From contig NIVC01002333.1 in NCBI GenBank assembly GCA_002269645.1, positions 1 through 64,000 of the forward strand: a stretch of 64,000 bases of DNA, read 5' to 3'. The position numbers were made by a program, and so were the translations under genes. Under the pieces are notes generated by a model that was not told the DNA's origin, ran no database searches, and saw only the letters and a program-made list of their open reading frames with translations. Of this stretch, positions 1-13,510 are shown piece after piece (the stretch's first letter is position 1; every line of letters starts with the position of its first letter). Source of the DNA: Macrostomum lignano (lineage: Eukaryota).

Positions 1-2
1 CA

Positions 3-3000
3 TCATGGCGTCGGCTGAGATGAACCGGCAGAGGTCTGGCAGGCCGACTCCTGGTGCTTGTTCAGGTAAGACTTCAGTGCGAACGACTTGTCGCACTTTG
101 AGCACCGGAACTGCTTCGGCCGAGTGAGTCTGCATGTGGCGCGCAGGTTCGACCGGTCTGCGAACGCCTTGCCGCAGTGAGCGCCGACGCTTTTTCACCT
201 GCGAACGTTCCGATTCTCTGGTTAGAAAGGAGTGACATCTGAAGGAGTGACATCTGAAGGAGTGACATCTGAAGGAGTGACATCTGAAGGAGTGACATCT
301 GAAAGTGACATCTGAAGGAGTGACATCTGAAGGAGTGACATCTGAAGGAGTGACATCTGAAGGAGTGACATCTGAAGGAGTGACATCTGAAGGAGTGACA
401 TCTGAAGGAGTGACATCTGAAGGATTGACATCTGAAGGAGTGACATCTGAAGGAGTGACATCTGAAGGAGTGACATCTGAAGGAGTGACATCTGAAGGAG
501 TGACATCTGAAGGAGTGACATCTGAAGGAGTGACATCTGAAGGAGTGACATCTGAAGGAGTGACATCTGAAGGAGTGACATCTGAAGGAGTGACATCTGA
601 AGGAGTGACATCTGAAGGAGTGACATCTGAAGGAGTGACATCTGAAGGAGTGACATCTGAAGGAGTGACATCTGAAGGAGTGACATCTGAAGGAGTGACA
701 TCTGAAGGAGTGACATCTGAAGGAGTGACATCTGAAGGAGTGACATCTGAAGGAGTGACATCTGAAGGTGACATCTGAAGGAGTGACATCTGAAGGAGTG
801 ACATCTGAAGGAGTGACATCTGAAGGAGTGACATCTGAAGGAGTGACATCTGAAGGAGTGACATCTGAAGGAGTGACATCTGAAGGAGTGACATCTGAAG
901 GAGTGACATCTGAAGGAGTGACATCTGAAGGAGTGACATCTGAAGGAGTGACATCTGAAGGAGTGACATCTGAAGGAGTGACATCTGAAGGAGTGACATC
1001 TGAAGGAGTGACATCTGAAGGAGTGACATCTGAAGGAGTGACATCTGAAGGAGTGACATCTGAAGGAGTGACATCTGAAGGAGTGACATCTGAAGGAGTG
1101 ACATCTGAAGGAGTGACATCTGAAGGAGTGACATCTGAAGGAGTGACATCTGAAGGAGTGACATCTGAAGGAGTGACATCTGAAGGAGTGACATCTGAAG
1201 GAGTGACATCTGAAGGAGTGACATCTGAAGGAGTGACATCTGAAGGAGTGACATCTGAAGGAGTGACATCTGAAGTGACATCTGAAGGAGTGACATCTGA
1301 AGGAGTGACATCTGAAGGAGTGACATCTGAAGGAGTGACATCTGAAGGAGTGACATCTGAAGGAGTGACATCTGAAGGAGTGACATCTGAAGGAGTGACA
1401 TCTGAAGGAGTGACATCTGAAGAGTGACATCTGAAGGAGTGACATCTGAAGGAGTGACATCTGAAGGAGTGACATCTGAAGGAGTGACATCTGAAGGAGT
1501 GACATCTGAAGGAGTGACATCTGAAGGAGTGACATCTGAAGGAGTGACATCTGAAGGAGTGACATCTGAAGGAGTGACATCTGAAGGAGTGACATCTGAA
1601 GGAGTGAATAAATAGATAAATCTGACTCACTGTATGCGCCCTGAGGTGGCCGTTGAGCAGCCAAGGCCGGCTGAATGCTTTGCCGCAGATGTGGCATTTG
1701 TGCTTCAAGCTGTGCGTCAGGATGTGCATGGACAGCGCCGGCATGGACACGTAGGTCTTGCTGCAGTGCGGACACTTCTTGGCCAGCTGGCTGTCTAGGC
1801 TCCGGTGGGTCTGTTTGTGCCGGCTGAGGTTGCTGGAGGTGGCGTAGTCCTTGCCGCACTCATTGCAGGTGTACGCGAGTCCGACACTTGGCGTCGGCGC
1901 CAGCGGAGTCGGTCGGATCGCCGACAACCGAGCCCGAGGCTGCCGACGCGCCGACTGCAGCGCCGAGTTGCGCTTCCGCGATCGGCCGTCGCTGACGAAG
2001 AATGCATCGAAGGTGTACCCGACTGTCACGCCATCCTGGAAGCCGCTGTTCTTGCCCAGTGACTTCCTGACTGGCGTCGTCTTGATGGACTGCGGCTGCT
2101 GCATCTGTGGCGACTCATCGCTGGTGTCCGGCAGCTGCTGCAGCTCCTCCGTCACCTCCAGCTTCATGCCGTCATCAGCCATCGCCGATGCACCATCGTC
2201 GTCTACAACATCGTCAACGATGTAGTCATCGTCAAGAAGTTCGCTGTTCGCTGCTGCTGGTACTGCTGCTGCTGCTGTCATCGAGTCAGCCGCGTCCTGC
2301 AGCTCCTCCTCTGGTGGCTCTGCCTTGAGTCGCTGCGTTGCTGCTGCTGCACCTCCCTGCTGGCGTCCTTCAGGCTGAGGTCCTCGGCAGCAGCGACATC
2401 GACAAGGAGGCCTCGTCTGCCAAGTCGAAGGACCTGTGGTGTTCGGCTGCGAGCGGCAGAGCTGCGGGAGCCTGAGATCCCAGCTGCTGCTGCTGCGGTG
2501 TCGGCGGGCTCAGCTGACTGTGGAGCAGCTTCAGGTACTCTGCAAAGGTCAGCGCACGGTGGGCAGTCATGAGCATCAGGAAGTTTAGCTGAGAGAGAAT
2601 GCAGACTCCGCAAGCATCGCTATAGATCGCGAGGTCGTGCGTGAAGAGAGCAAAGTTCGCGCTCGAATTACTGCTCAAGTGCAGCGATTTGAGCGAATCT
2701 TCTGTCCCTCTCTCCCTAGATTAAAATTGTCCCTGCACGGTCGGTTAATGCTTAGAGGCAACGGTCCCGGACAACAGATGGGTGCTCTTGCGCGTGTGTT
2801 GGAGCTAAGATGGGAGATGGACTCAAGCGCACCTACACTTCCCACCCAATTGCTCCCCATAGCTGAGATTTCGCAACCCAGCCACCTGTCGCGGCCCCCA
2901 CTTTATGCCGCTCTGCATTGAATATCCAGGCTTTGACACCCTGCCCCACACACACGCTCAGAATCGCACAAATAATGTATGCGCGGATGAAGGCGGCTTT

Positions 3001-3955
3001 TGTCGCGGCGCGTCTTCGGATTGAAAAATTTATAAAAGGTGGACAGACAGACAGTCGCACACACACACACACACACGACCGCCTGCGTCTGTGCCGACTC
3101 GTCCGGTATTCTCAAGTGGCCAGTGTGCCCCCTCTGGTCAACAGTTTGAGGCCTGTGACCTAACTATTATAAGCCAAACCGTAACGGGTGCCCCCCTGCT
3201 TTAGAGTCAGCTGTCTCCCCCTCTGCGGTCTGCAGGCAGCAGTGACCCAATCCAATCAGTGACTGTCTATGGCCCTTCCCACCACACCCGTAGCGGACTA
3301 TTGTGAAGGGTTTGCTAGGCAAATATAAATAGTGATTGTAGAGTGGTGGTCGCGTGGCCACAGTATCTATAAGCTAAGGTTTAGATTAGACTATAAAATG
3401 ATGACGGTGTTGCTGGGACGAGACAGGCGGTTATAAACTTTCTATAGTACCGTACTGAATTAATTAAAGTACCGCAATTATATTCGCTCAGCTCACCTAG
3501 TCGTCTGGCTTCCAGCTCGGCTGCCGCGTACGCTGACAGAAGCCCGGGAGCGGCGGCTGCGTACGCCATCTGCAGCTTCGCCGCTGCTGCCGCCGCCGCT
3601 GCCGCTGCCGCCTGCTGCTGCTGCTGATGCTGCTGATGCTGCCACCAGGTCATGTAGGACAGCATCGTCGAGTACACATCAGCTCCTGACTGGTGCTGCT
3701 GAGCCGCTGGCAGGGCTGAGTAGGGCAGGAATGGCAGGGCAGGATGGGGCGGATGCTGAGCTGCCGCCAGCGCTGAGAAGTTCTGCTTGGCTGGATATGA
3801 GGCCACTGGAGCCACGATGAGTGCTGCTGCTGCTGCTGACTGCGATTCGATGACGATGAAGCTAATGGAGTAGAAGGAGGCGGAGGCTGGGCAGCGGCCG
3901 CGGTCAATGAGGCCCGACGGTCGCGCACATCCGCAAGCAGAGTCTGGATGTCCAT
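3..3955 (-). CDS. scrt: Scratch-family (Snail superfamily) C2H2 zinc-finger transcription factor; 3 exons, frameshifted in this sequence
   Basis: Exon 2 (2539-1631) encodes the Scratch motif GYTFDAFFVSDGRSR and three fingers (CNECGKDYATSSNLSRHKQTH, CPHCSKTYVSMPALSMHILTH, CHICGKAFSRPWLLNGHLRAH). Exon 3 (198-3) encodes HCGKAFADRSNLRA/HMQTHS/KQFRCSKCDKSFALKSYLNKHQESAC across small deletions. Putative exon 1 (3955-3497) joins exon 2 in phase 1 (CTA G|gtgagc ... ctgacctttgcag|AG TAC, giving ARRLEYLKLLH). Exon 1 assignment is inference, and several frameshifts are needed. Confidence 0.9.
227..1607. repeat. 15-bp minisatellite (GAAGGAGTGACATCT)n in scratch intron 2, ~90 copies
   Basis: Near-perfect 15-bp period with a few truncated units. 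Confidence 0.98.
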
Positions 3956-4046
3956 GACTGGATAAACTAGGCGCGGAGGCAAGAGAGATACCGGATGAGT
4001 CCAAATGGAGTTTTTTGAAGCGAAACTTCCCGTTCGGCCAGCCGGG

Positions 4047-4054
4047 TATTTATG
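4047..4054 (-). promoter_or_regulatory. TATA-like box upstream of scratch exon 1
   Basis: CATAAATA on the minus strand, ~95 bp upstream of the putative ATG at 3955. Confidence 0.3.
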
Positions 4055-4786
4055 CCGCAGCCGCGCTCCAACCTGTGGGGGGAGGCGGTCTGGGGAAAGG
4101 AGAGGCGGTGGCCAACCACCGAGGATTCTGTGAGTCCGCACCAACCCCCCATCCACTGCTCAACACGTGAGAGAGCAGCGAAGAGATATGGGGTGTTGGG
4201 GTTGGGGTGGGGCTGCAGCCAATAGGAGACTGAGGCGAATAAAACCCGGTCTCAGAGTTGGCAGAGTCTCAGTTGAGCTGTTTAAGATTTTGGAGTAGGT
4301 GCCAACAGAGCAGAGGGTTCAAGATGTGAAGATGTCCGCTATCAGCTTTTTCCGTTAGCGGCTTGCATCTCTCGTTTACCTATTAATGGGCTGAAAACCG
4401 CTATTAGCACATCGGCTGGAAGGATGTGAGGGGCGATATCCGTTCGCACGATTTCGCTAACGTTGACCCTAATGTTAAGAATTCGACACAATACTTGTAC
4501 ACACGGTCCGTAGTGTTAGCACCTCTGTTCGCAGTTGCTGACTAAACACGCAGATTTGGTGGCAATTTAGCCTCGTCACGTTGAGGAAACGTTATGATGA
4601 ATAACAGTATGACACAGTTAGATAAAATCTTGAGAATATGTCTGCAGGTGCCAAGACAGACACGAATTGAATAAGATTTGTGCTATGAGCGTATATTCTA
4701 GTTTGAGATTTTAATAAATCAATGTGATTAAGCATGTTTATGTCCAGTAATTACCTTGTGGAGCGCTTATCATTCAATGGCGCTAT

Positions 4787-6222
4787 AATGTACAAATTGG
4801 CTCTAGAATGTACAAATTGGCTCTAGAATGTACAAATTGGCGCCCCGAATGTACAAATTGCTGCCAGAATGTACAAATATGCTTTAAAATGTACAAACAA
4901 ATTGGCTCTAGATTGTACAACTTGGCACCCGAATGTACAACTTGGCGCCCCGAATGTACAAATTGGCTCTAGAATGTACAACTTGCTGCCAGAATGTACA
5001 AATAGGCTCTAAAATGTACAACTTGGCACCCGAATGTACAAATAGACGCCAGAATGTACAAATCGGCGCCTGAATAGACAAATTAACGCCAGAATGTACA
5101 AATTGGCGCCCCGAATGTTCAACTCGGCGCTAAAACGTACAAATCGGCGCCAGAATGGACAGATTGACGCTAGAATGGACAGATTGGCGCCAGAATGGAC
5201 AGATCGGCGTCAGAATGTACAAATTGGTGCTGATATTGCCAAATTAGCGCTCGAATGTAAGAATGGCGCCTGATTGTACTGTCGGAGCCAGAATGTACAA
5301 ATTGACGCTAGAATGGACAGATCGGTGCCAAAATGTACAAGTTGTCGCCAGAATGTACAAATCGGCTCCAGAATGTACAAATAGACGCCAGAATGTACAG
5401 ATCGGCGCCTGAATAGACAAATTAACGCCAGAATGTACAAATTGGCGCCCCAAATGTACAAATCGGCGTCATAATGTTCAACTCGGCGCTAGAATGTACA
5501 AATTGGCGCTAGAATGGACAGATTGGCGCCAGAATGGACAGATCTGGCGCCAGAATGTACAAATTGGTGCTGATATTGCCAAATTAGCGCTTGAATGTAA
5601 GAATGGCGCCTATTGTACTGTTGGAACCAGAATGTACAAGTTGGCGCCAGAATGTACTAATCGACGCCAGAATGTACTAATCGGCGCCAGAATGTACAAA
5701 TTTGAGCCAGAATGTCTGCACTGCAGGTGCAACAGTCTGTCTGCAATGTACAAACGCTCGAATGTACAAATTAGTATCCGAATGTACAAATTAGTATCCG
5801 AATGTACAAATTAGTATCCGAATGTACAAATTAGTATCCGAATGTACAAATTAGTATCCGAATGTACAAATTAGTATCCGAATGTACAAATTAGTAGAAT
5901 GTACAAATTAGTATCCGAATGTACAAATTAGTATCCGAATGTACAAATTAGTATCCGAATGTACAAATTAGTATCCGAATGTACAAATTAGTATCCGAAT
6001 GTACAAATTAGTATCCGAATGTACAAATTAGTATCCGAATGTACAAATTAGTATCCGAATGTACAAATTAGTATCCGAATGTACAAATTAGTATCCGAAT
6101 GTACAAATTAGTATCCGAATGTACAAATTAGTATCCGAATGTACAAATTAGTATCCGAATGTACAAATTAGTATCCGAATGTACAAATTAGTATCCGAAT
6201 GTACAAATTAGTATCCGAATGT
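4787..6222. repeat. ~20-bp satellite (GAATGTACAAATT core), degenerate 4787-5760 and homogeneous (AATGTACAAATTAGTATCCG)n 5760-6222
   Basis: Repeated AATGTACAAA core. A ~340-bp higher-order duplication is visible (5172-5300 vs 5511-5639). Confidence 0.95.
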
Positions 6223-6629
6223 AGAAATTTTCAGTTATTTCTGAACCGACACCCCAGTCCAGAGATTCAGATTGGCAACAATCTCAGATCAGGAATAAAG
6301 AGGCGTCTCCATCGTATAGCAGCTTAGATTGATCTGACACCCATCCCAAGCTGTGTCTGTCGGCCTCCTTGGCTAGCCGAGAAATTCTGAAAGCCTTCCG
6401 AACTCAGGAGCTCCTGCATATCGACATTAAGTCAGAGTTGATCGATATATTAAGAGCTGGCTAGGGATTAGAAACTAAGCACAGAGGGCAAAGCGGCAGA
6501 TGTGGAAGTCAGATTAAGAGATGTGATATTTAACTTCCCCGTAAGCTGCAAAGCTGCTTGCTATCGGAGCCTGATTCTCAGTCAGTCAGCTTTGAGCAGG
6601 CAGAATGCCGATTCTTCTGATTGACATCC

Positions 6630-6650
6630 ATTAGGAGTGCCATTAGGAGT

Positions 6651-6688
<38 letters not shown>

Positions 6689-7585
6689 GGTGCTGCTGCA
6701 ATGATCGAACCATTAGGAGTGCCATTAGGAGTGCATCAACTTAGGAGTGCCATTAGCAGAGCGTTATGCCATTAGAGTGCCATTAAGTGCCATTAGGAGT
6801 GCCATTAGGAGTGCCATTAGGAGTGCCATTAATGATCCATTGCTGTAGGAGTGCCATTAGGAGTGCCATTAGGAGTGCCATTAGGAGTGCCATTAGGAGT
6901 GCCAGGAGGAGTGCCATTAGGAGTGCCAGGAGGAGTGCCATTAGGAGTGCCATTAGGAGTGCCAGTGCCATTAGGAGTGCCATTAGAAGTGCCATTAGGA
7001 GTGCCATTAGGAGTGCCATTAGGAGTGCCATTAGGAGTGCCATTAGGAGTGCCAGGAGAAGTGCCATTAGGAGTGCCAGGAGGAGTGCCAGGAGGAGTGC
7101 CATTAGGAGTGCCATTAGGAGTGTCAGGAGGAGTGCCATTAGGAGTGCCATTAGGAGTGCCAGGAGGAGTGCCATTAGGAGTGCCAGGAGGAGTGCCAGG
7201 AGGAGTGCCATTAGTAGTTCCAGGAGTAGTGCCATTAGGAGTGCCATTAGGAGTGCCATTAGGAGTGCCATTAGGAGTGCCAGGAGAAGTGCCATTAGGA
7301 GTGCCAGGAGGAGTGCCATTAGGAGTGCCATTAGTAGTTCCAGGAGTAGTGCCATTAGGAGTGCCATTAGGAGTGCCATTAGGAGTGCCATTAGGAGTGC
7401 CAGGAGAAGTGCCATTAGGAGTGCCAGGAGGAGTGCCAGGAGGAGTGCCATTAGGAGTGCCAGGAGAAGTGCCATTAGGAGTGCCAGGAGGAGTGCCAGG
7501 AGGAGTGCCAGGAGGAGTGCCAGGAGGAGTGCCAGGAGGAGTGCCAGGAGGAGTGCCATTAGGAGTGCCATTAAGAGTGCCATTT
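6630..7585. repeat. 12-bp minisatellite (GGAGTGCCATTA / GGAGTGCCAGGA)
   Basis: Two interspersed 12-bp variants; main array 6783-7585. Confidence 0.95.
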
Positions 7586-8293
7586 AGAAGGGTGCGAGAA
7601 GAAGGAGTACCATACACTGGAAAGCAGGTTAGACAACAAAGAACGCCAAGAAGAAGAGGTCAGCCAACCCAAATCAGTGGCCCCATCAATAGCGCCGAAG
7701 GACGCCTGCAGCAATCAACCTTTATTTTAGAGAACAAAATAAAGAACTCTTGTACAATGCCAGAGCACCAAATTCAACAGTAGAACCTAATACAACTCTA
7801 TAACGGACTGAGTTTATTTAGCTAAGACTGAGACAGAGGGACCATACTATTGAGAAGAACTGATGATGAGGCGCAGCAGCTGGCAGAGAGAGAGAATAAG
7901 CATCCAAGAGACAGCGCAATTGTTCAAGCTTGGTCACCTGTTGTGATTTAAAATTCAGGCTCACACAGGCCATATACTGGTCTGCCCTAGGATTGATCAA
8001 ACTTTCATGAGGCTGAGGAGGCGCGCAGGTGGGGCGACCTCTTCATCAGATAGATAAAGACGGTAGAGAGTGCTCTATAGGAGTCTGCGGGGACTCAACA
8101 TCAGCGCCTGCAGGAGGCATTGAGAACATCGTAAAAATTGTTGATTGCTACACACTGCCGGGCCTGTATTCCAATGGGCCTGTCCATTCTATTGGGAATG
8201 GCCTTCGTCTTGTGTAGTGTTGAATGGGAATTGTTGCTTAAATCAGAGTCTTGGTGTGCAGTTCAAGTGCGTATGGGCCAAGGGTTCCCCAAT

Positions 8294-9447
8294 AGAGCCA
8301 TGGCATCTCAGCAACTCCCCTTTTGAGCCATGGCATCTCAGCAACTCCCCTTTGAGCCATGGCATCTCAGCAACTCCCCCTTTGAGCCATGGCATCTCAG
8401 TAACTCCCCTTTGAGCCATGGCATCTCAGCAACTCCCCCTTTGAGCCATGGCATCTCAGCAACTCCCCCTTTGAGCCATGGCATCTCAGCAACTCCCCCT
8501 TTGAGCCATGGCATCTCAGCAACTCCCCCTTTGAGCCATGGCATCTCAGCAACTCCCCCTTTGAGCCATGGCATCTCAGCAACTCCCCCATTTGAGCCAT
8601 GGCATCTCAGCAACTCCCCCTTTGAGCCATGGCATCTCAGCAACTCCCCTTTTGAGCCATGGCATCTCAGCAACTCCCCCTTTGAGCCATGGCATCTCAG
8701 CAACTCCCCTTTTGAGCCATGGCATCTCAGCAACTCCACCTTTTGAGCCATGGCATCTCAGCAACTCCCCCATTTGAGCCATGGCATCTCAGCAACTCCC
8801 CTTTGAGCCATGGCATCTCAGCAACTCCACCTTTTGAGCCATGGCATCTCAGCAACTCCCCCATTGAGCCATGGCATCTCAGCAACTCCCCCTTTGAGCC
8901 ATGGCATCTCAGCAACTCCCCCATTGAGACATGGCATCTCAGCAACTCCCCCATTGAGCCATGGCATCTCAGCAACTCCCCCTTGAGCCATGGCATCTCA
9001 GCAACTCCCCCATTGAGCCATGGCATCTCAGCAACTCCCCCTTTGAGCCATGGCATCTCAGCAACTCCCCCTTGAGACATGGCATCTCAGCAACTCCCCA
9101 TTGAGCCATGGCATCTCAGCAACTCCCCCATTGAGACATGGCATCTCAGCAACTCCCCCTTTGAGCCATGGCATCTCAGCAACTCCACCTTTTGAGCCAT
9201 GGCATCTCAGCAACCCCCCTTGAGCATGGCATCTCAGCAACTCCCCCTTTGAGCCATGGCATCTCAGCAACTCCCCCATTTGAGCCATGGCATCTCAGCA
9301 ACTCCCCCTTTGAGCCATGGCATCTCAGCAACTCCCCCTTTGAGCCATGGCATCTCAGCAACTCTTAATCTTTGACTCATGGCATCTCAGCAACTCCCCC
9401 TTTGAGCCATGGCATCTCATGCAGCAACTCCCCATTGAGACATGGCA
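8294..9447. repeat. ~30-bp minisatellite (GAGCCATGGCATCTCAGCAACTCCCCCTTT)n
   Basis: Units of 29-31 bp varying mainly in C and T homopolymer length. Confidence 0.97.
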
Positions 9448-9853
9448 TCGTTACTTACACAGCTAGCTAGCATGTAAATCTTTCTAGAGCACATTAGGAA
9501 CGTTTTAAAGGACTAAGCTTTTGTTGCAAGCACATCAGCTTATCTAATCCAATTTACTAGGATGAACCACAAGCAAAATTACCTACAAGTTGTTGCAGAC
9601 TGTTCTACATGTTGCTTGACTTGGCAGTGATTTGATTTTGTTTGACAATCAAATTTCCGCATTTCTGCTATGCGGAGGACTTTGCGAACTCAGGAAGGTG
9701 GAAATTTTCTGGTCACTGCGCCAAGTCAATAATCAGCTAATGGGGCTGCTTGCGTCCTGAGCTGGGCGACTCTGCTGGCCTGCATGGCAGCTTTGCTCGG
9801 ACTGAATGAGCTGATGGCGAGCTGTGCAGCTGGCCTGACATGAGCTGGCTTCC

Positions 9854-10622
<769 letters not shown>

Positions 10623-10631
10623 CTTAGGGTA

Positions 10632-11673
10632 GTACTAAGACAGACACTGAGACAGACACCTATGGCAGACACTAAAACAGATAGACAGATAGAAACTAAC
10701 ACAGACACAGACACTGAGACAGATAGACAGACACTGAGACAGATAGACAGACACTGAGATAGATAGACAGACACTGAGACAGATAGACAGACACTGAGAC
10801 AGATAGACGGACACTGAGACAGATAGACAGACACTGAGACAGATAGACGGACACTGAGACAGATAGACGGACACTGAGACAGATAGACGGACACTGAGAC
10901 AGATAGACAGACACTGAGACAGATAGACGGACACTGAGACAGATAGACGGACACTGAGACAGATAGACGGACACTGAGACAGATAGACAGACACTGAGAC
11001 AGATAGACGGACACTGAGACAGATAGACGGACACTGAGACAGATAGACGGACACTGAGACAGATAGACAGACACTGAGACAGATAGACAGACACTGAGAC
11101 AGATAGACAGACACTGAGACAGATAGACAGACACTGAGACAGATAGACAGACACTGAGACAGATAGACGGACACTGAGACAGATAGACAGACACTGAGAC
11201 AGATAGACGGACACTGAGACAGATAGACAGACACTGAGACAGATAGACAGACACTGAGACAGATAGACAGACACTGAGACAGATAGACAGACACTGAGAC
11301 AGATAGACAGACACTGAGACAGATAGACAGACACTGAGACAGATAGACAGACACTGAGACAGATAGACAGACACTGAGACAGATAGACGGACACTGAGAC
11401 AGATAGACGGACACTGAGACAGATAGACAGACACTGAGACAGATAGACAGACACTGAGACAGATAGACAGACACTGAGACAGATAGACAGACACTGAGAC
11501 AGATAGACAGACACTGAGACAGATAGACAGACACTGAGACAGATAGACAGACACTGAGACAGATAGACAGACACTGAGACAGATAGACGGACACTGAGAC
11601 AGATAGACGGACACTGAGACAGATAGACAGACACTGAGACAGATAGACGGACACTGAGACAGATAGACAGACA
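10632..11673. repeat. 20-bp minisatellite (ACACTGAGACAGATAGACAG/GG)n
   Basis: Exact 20-bp period in 10720-11670. Confidence 0.98.
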
Positions 11674-13099
11674 CTTAGGCCATGCAGAACTAAGAAACTG
11701 AGACAGAAGTATGGACGAAGCTAATTTCATTTTTTATTAAAATCCATTTTATTGGGAAAAAACTTCATACTAAACTTAATTTAGCCAGCCAATTTCCACA
11801 GGAAACTCGCCGACAGACTTGATGACTCATTGACTGACTTCAATAACCGTCACTAATAATTATTATCGGAGAATGAGATGAGATATGAATCTGCCTTCAA
11901 TATGCAATCGCAGCCTCCATCGAGCCTGCAGGTCCAGCGGCTTCATCTGGTTCCATCCATTGTCCGAGCGGGTCCGTGCAGCTTCTCTCAAGCAAGAAAA
12001 AAATCAGCGAGTGAAACAATGGCTCGGGGGGACAATGGGAGTTCCAGACTCTGAGCTGCTCATTGTTTGATTATGATGAAGCTGGTCCGCTGGTGCCCAG
12101 CCTGCAGTATTTAACCAAACGAGATTTTGGGACGCAGAAACTGATGAAGCTAATTCCTGAGGCTGGACAACAAATCTATATTCCAGCCGGAAGTCGGGAT
12201 GGGGGGCATTACGGCCTCCATATAATATTTTTCCCAGGGTCATGAGAAATTCCTGGCGACTGCAGCAGCCTCATCAATTCACCAATTAATCCCGCCGGTG
12301 CATTATCTTATTAGCGCTGGATGGGGAGTGGAGGCTGGGGGCCGACTCTGGCAACAATCCCCTGCAGCAATCACAGCTCAGGTTGATCATCACCCCCCAC
12401 CCCGCATGCGGTGCTCCACTTTCTGGTGCTCATTTCTACAAGTTTTCTCTCTCAGTCAGTCTGCCTGCCTGGCTGCCCCCAGCTCAGACCGGGAGAGCAT
12501 CAGTCATTTTATGAGTTCAGAGAATCTCAGCGATTCCCCCCCCACACACACAAAATTCGCTCACTCGCTAGCTGGGCCCTCCCCTCCTCCATCTCTGTCT
12601 CTCTGTCTCCCAACTCAGTTTCCGGCCAAGAGAGGCTGATAGAGTCGGGTGTAGGCGGATGCGGGAGCCCCTAAGCTGCAGTCCGCTCTTTGCTTTCAAT
12701 GCCATCATAGTCATCATGCAGGTAGGGCCAGGCCGGGGTCCAGCTGAGGGCAAAAAATCCCTTAACTGTGACAGGCGAGTGAGGAGAATTAGCGGTGATT
12801 TTTTGTGTTGTTGGGAAAGCAATAAACAGTTCTGGCCTGCAGCTCTGCCTGTGTGGCCTGTGGGATTCTGGCGGTGAAGCCCGTGCCAGCCATGGGGGCG
12901 GGAGAGAGGCAAACACACCGGGAGCACAGCCGAGCTGCCTTCTGCTGGAACTTTGCTTTAATTTTGCTAATGCAAGTTTTCAGCCAACACGGAGCTGTGG
13001 CGGCGGGGGGGGGTGAGGCGGAACTGGCAGATAGCAAAATATTGGTGGGAGCGAGGCTGGACTGGCGTGGGTGTGGGGGCGAATTACAGGAAAGGAGGA

Positions 13100-13510
13100 A
13101 AGTAATTACAGACGGAGATAAACGGGGAAATTATGGACAGAGCAGTAATGAGAATTACAGACAGCAATAATAGGAATTACAGACAGCAATGATGGGGAAT
13201 TACAGACAGCAACGATGGTGAATTACAGATAGCAATAATTTGGAATTACAGACAGCAATAATGGGGAATTACAGACAGCAATGATGGTGAATTATAGACA
13301 GCAATAATGGAGAATTACAGACAGCAATAATGGGAATTACAGACAGCATTAATTAGGGAATTACAGACAGCAATAATTGGGGAATTACAGACAGCAATGA
13401 TGGTGAATTACAGACAGCAATGATGGGGAATTACAGACAGCAATAATGGGGAATTACAGGCAGTAATAATGGGGAATTACAGACAGCAATAATGAGGAAT
13501 TACAGACAGC
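13100..13510. repeat. ~23-24-bp degenerate tandem repeat (GGGGAATTACAGACAGCAATAAT)
   Basis: Repeated AATTACAGACAGCAA core. Confidence 0.9.

Noticed and set aside
74-2281. 735-aa ORF fusing zinc fingers to (FRCHS)n/(DVTPS)n
   Set aside because: Read-through of intron 2 (GT at 1630, AG at 200-199). The 15-mer is stop-free in these frames, and the true finger 4-5 sequence resumes in exon 3.
6783-7783. Long ORFs (ALLM)n, (GTPN)n, (GVPL)n, (RSAI)n on both strands
   Set aside because: Several frames on both strands are open simply because the 12-bp unit lacks stops. There is no flanking domain or splice support.
8294-9447. CRISPR-like appearance of the 30-bp repeats
   Set aside because: Units are head-to-tail with no unique spacers, there are no cas genes, and the context is eukaryotic.
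11885-13170. Cluster of short ORFs in GC-richer sequence
   Set aside because: No recognisable motifs or consistent exon structure.
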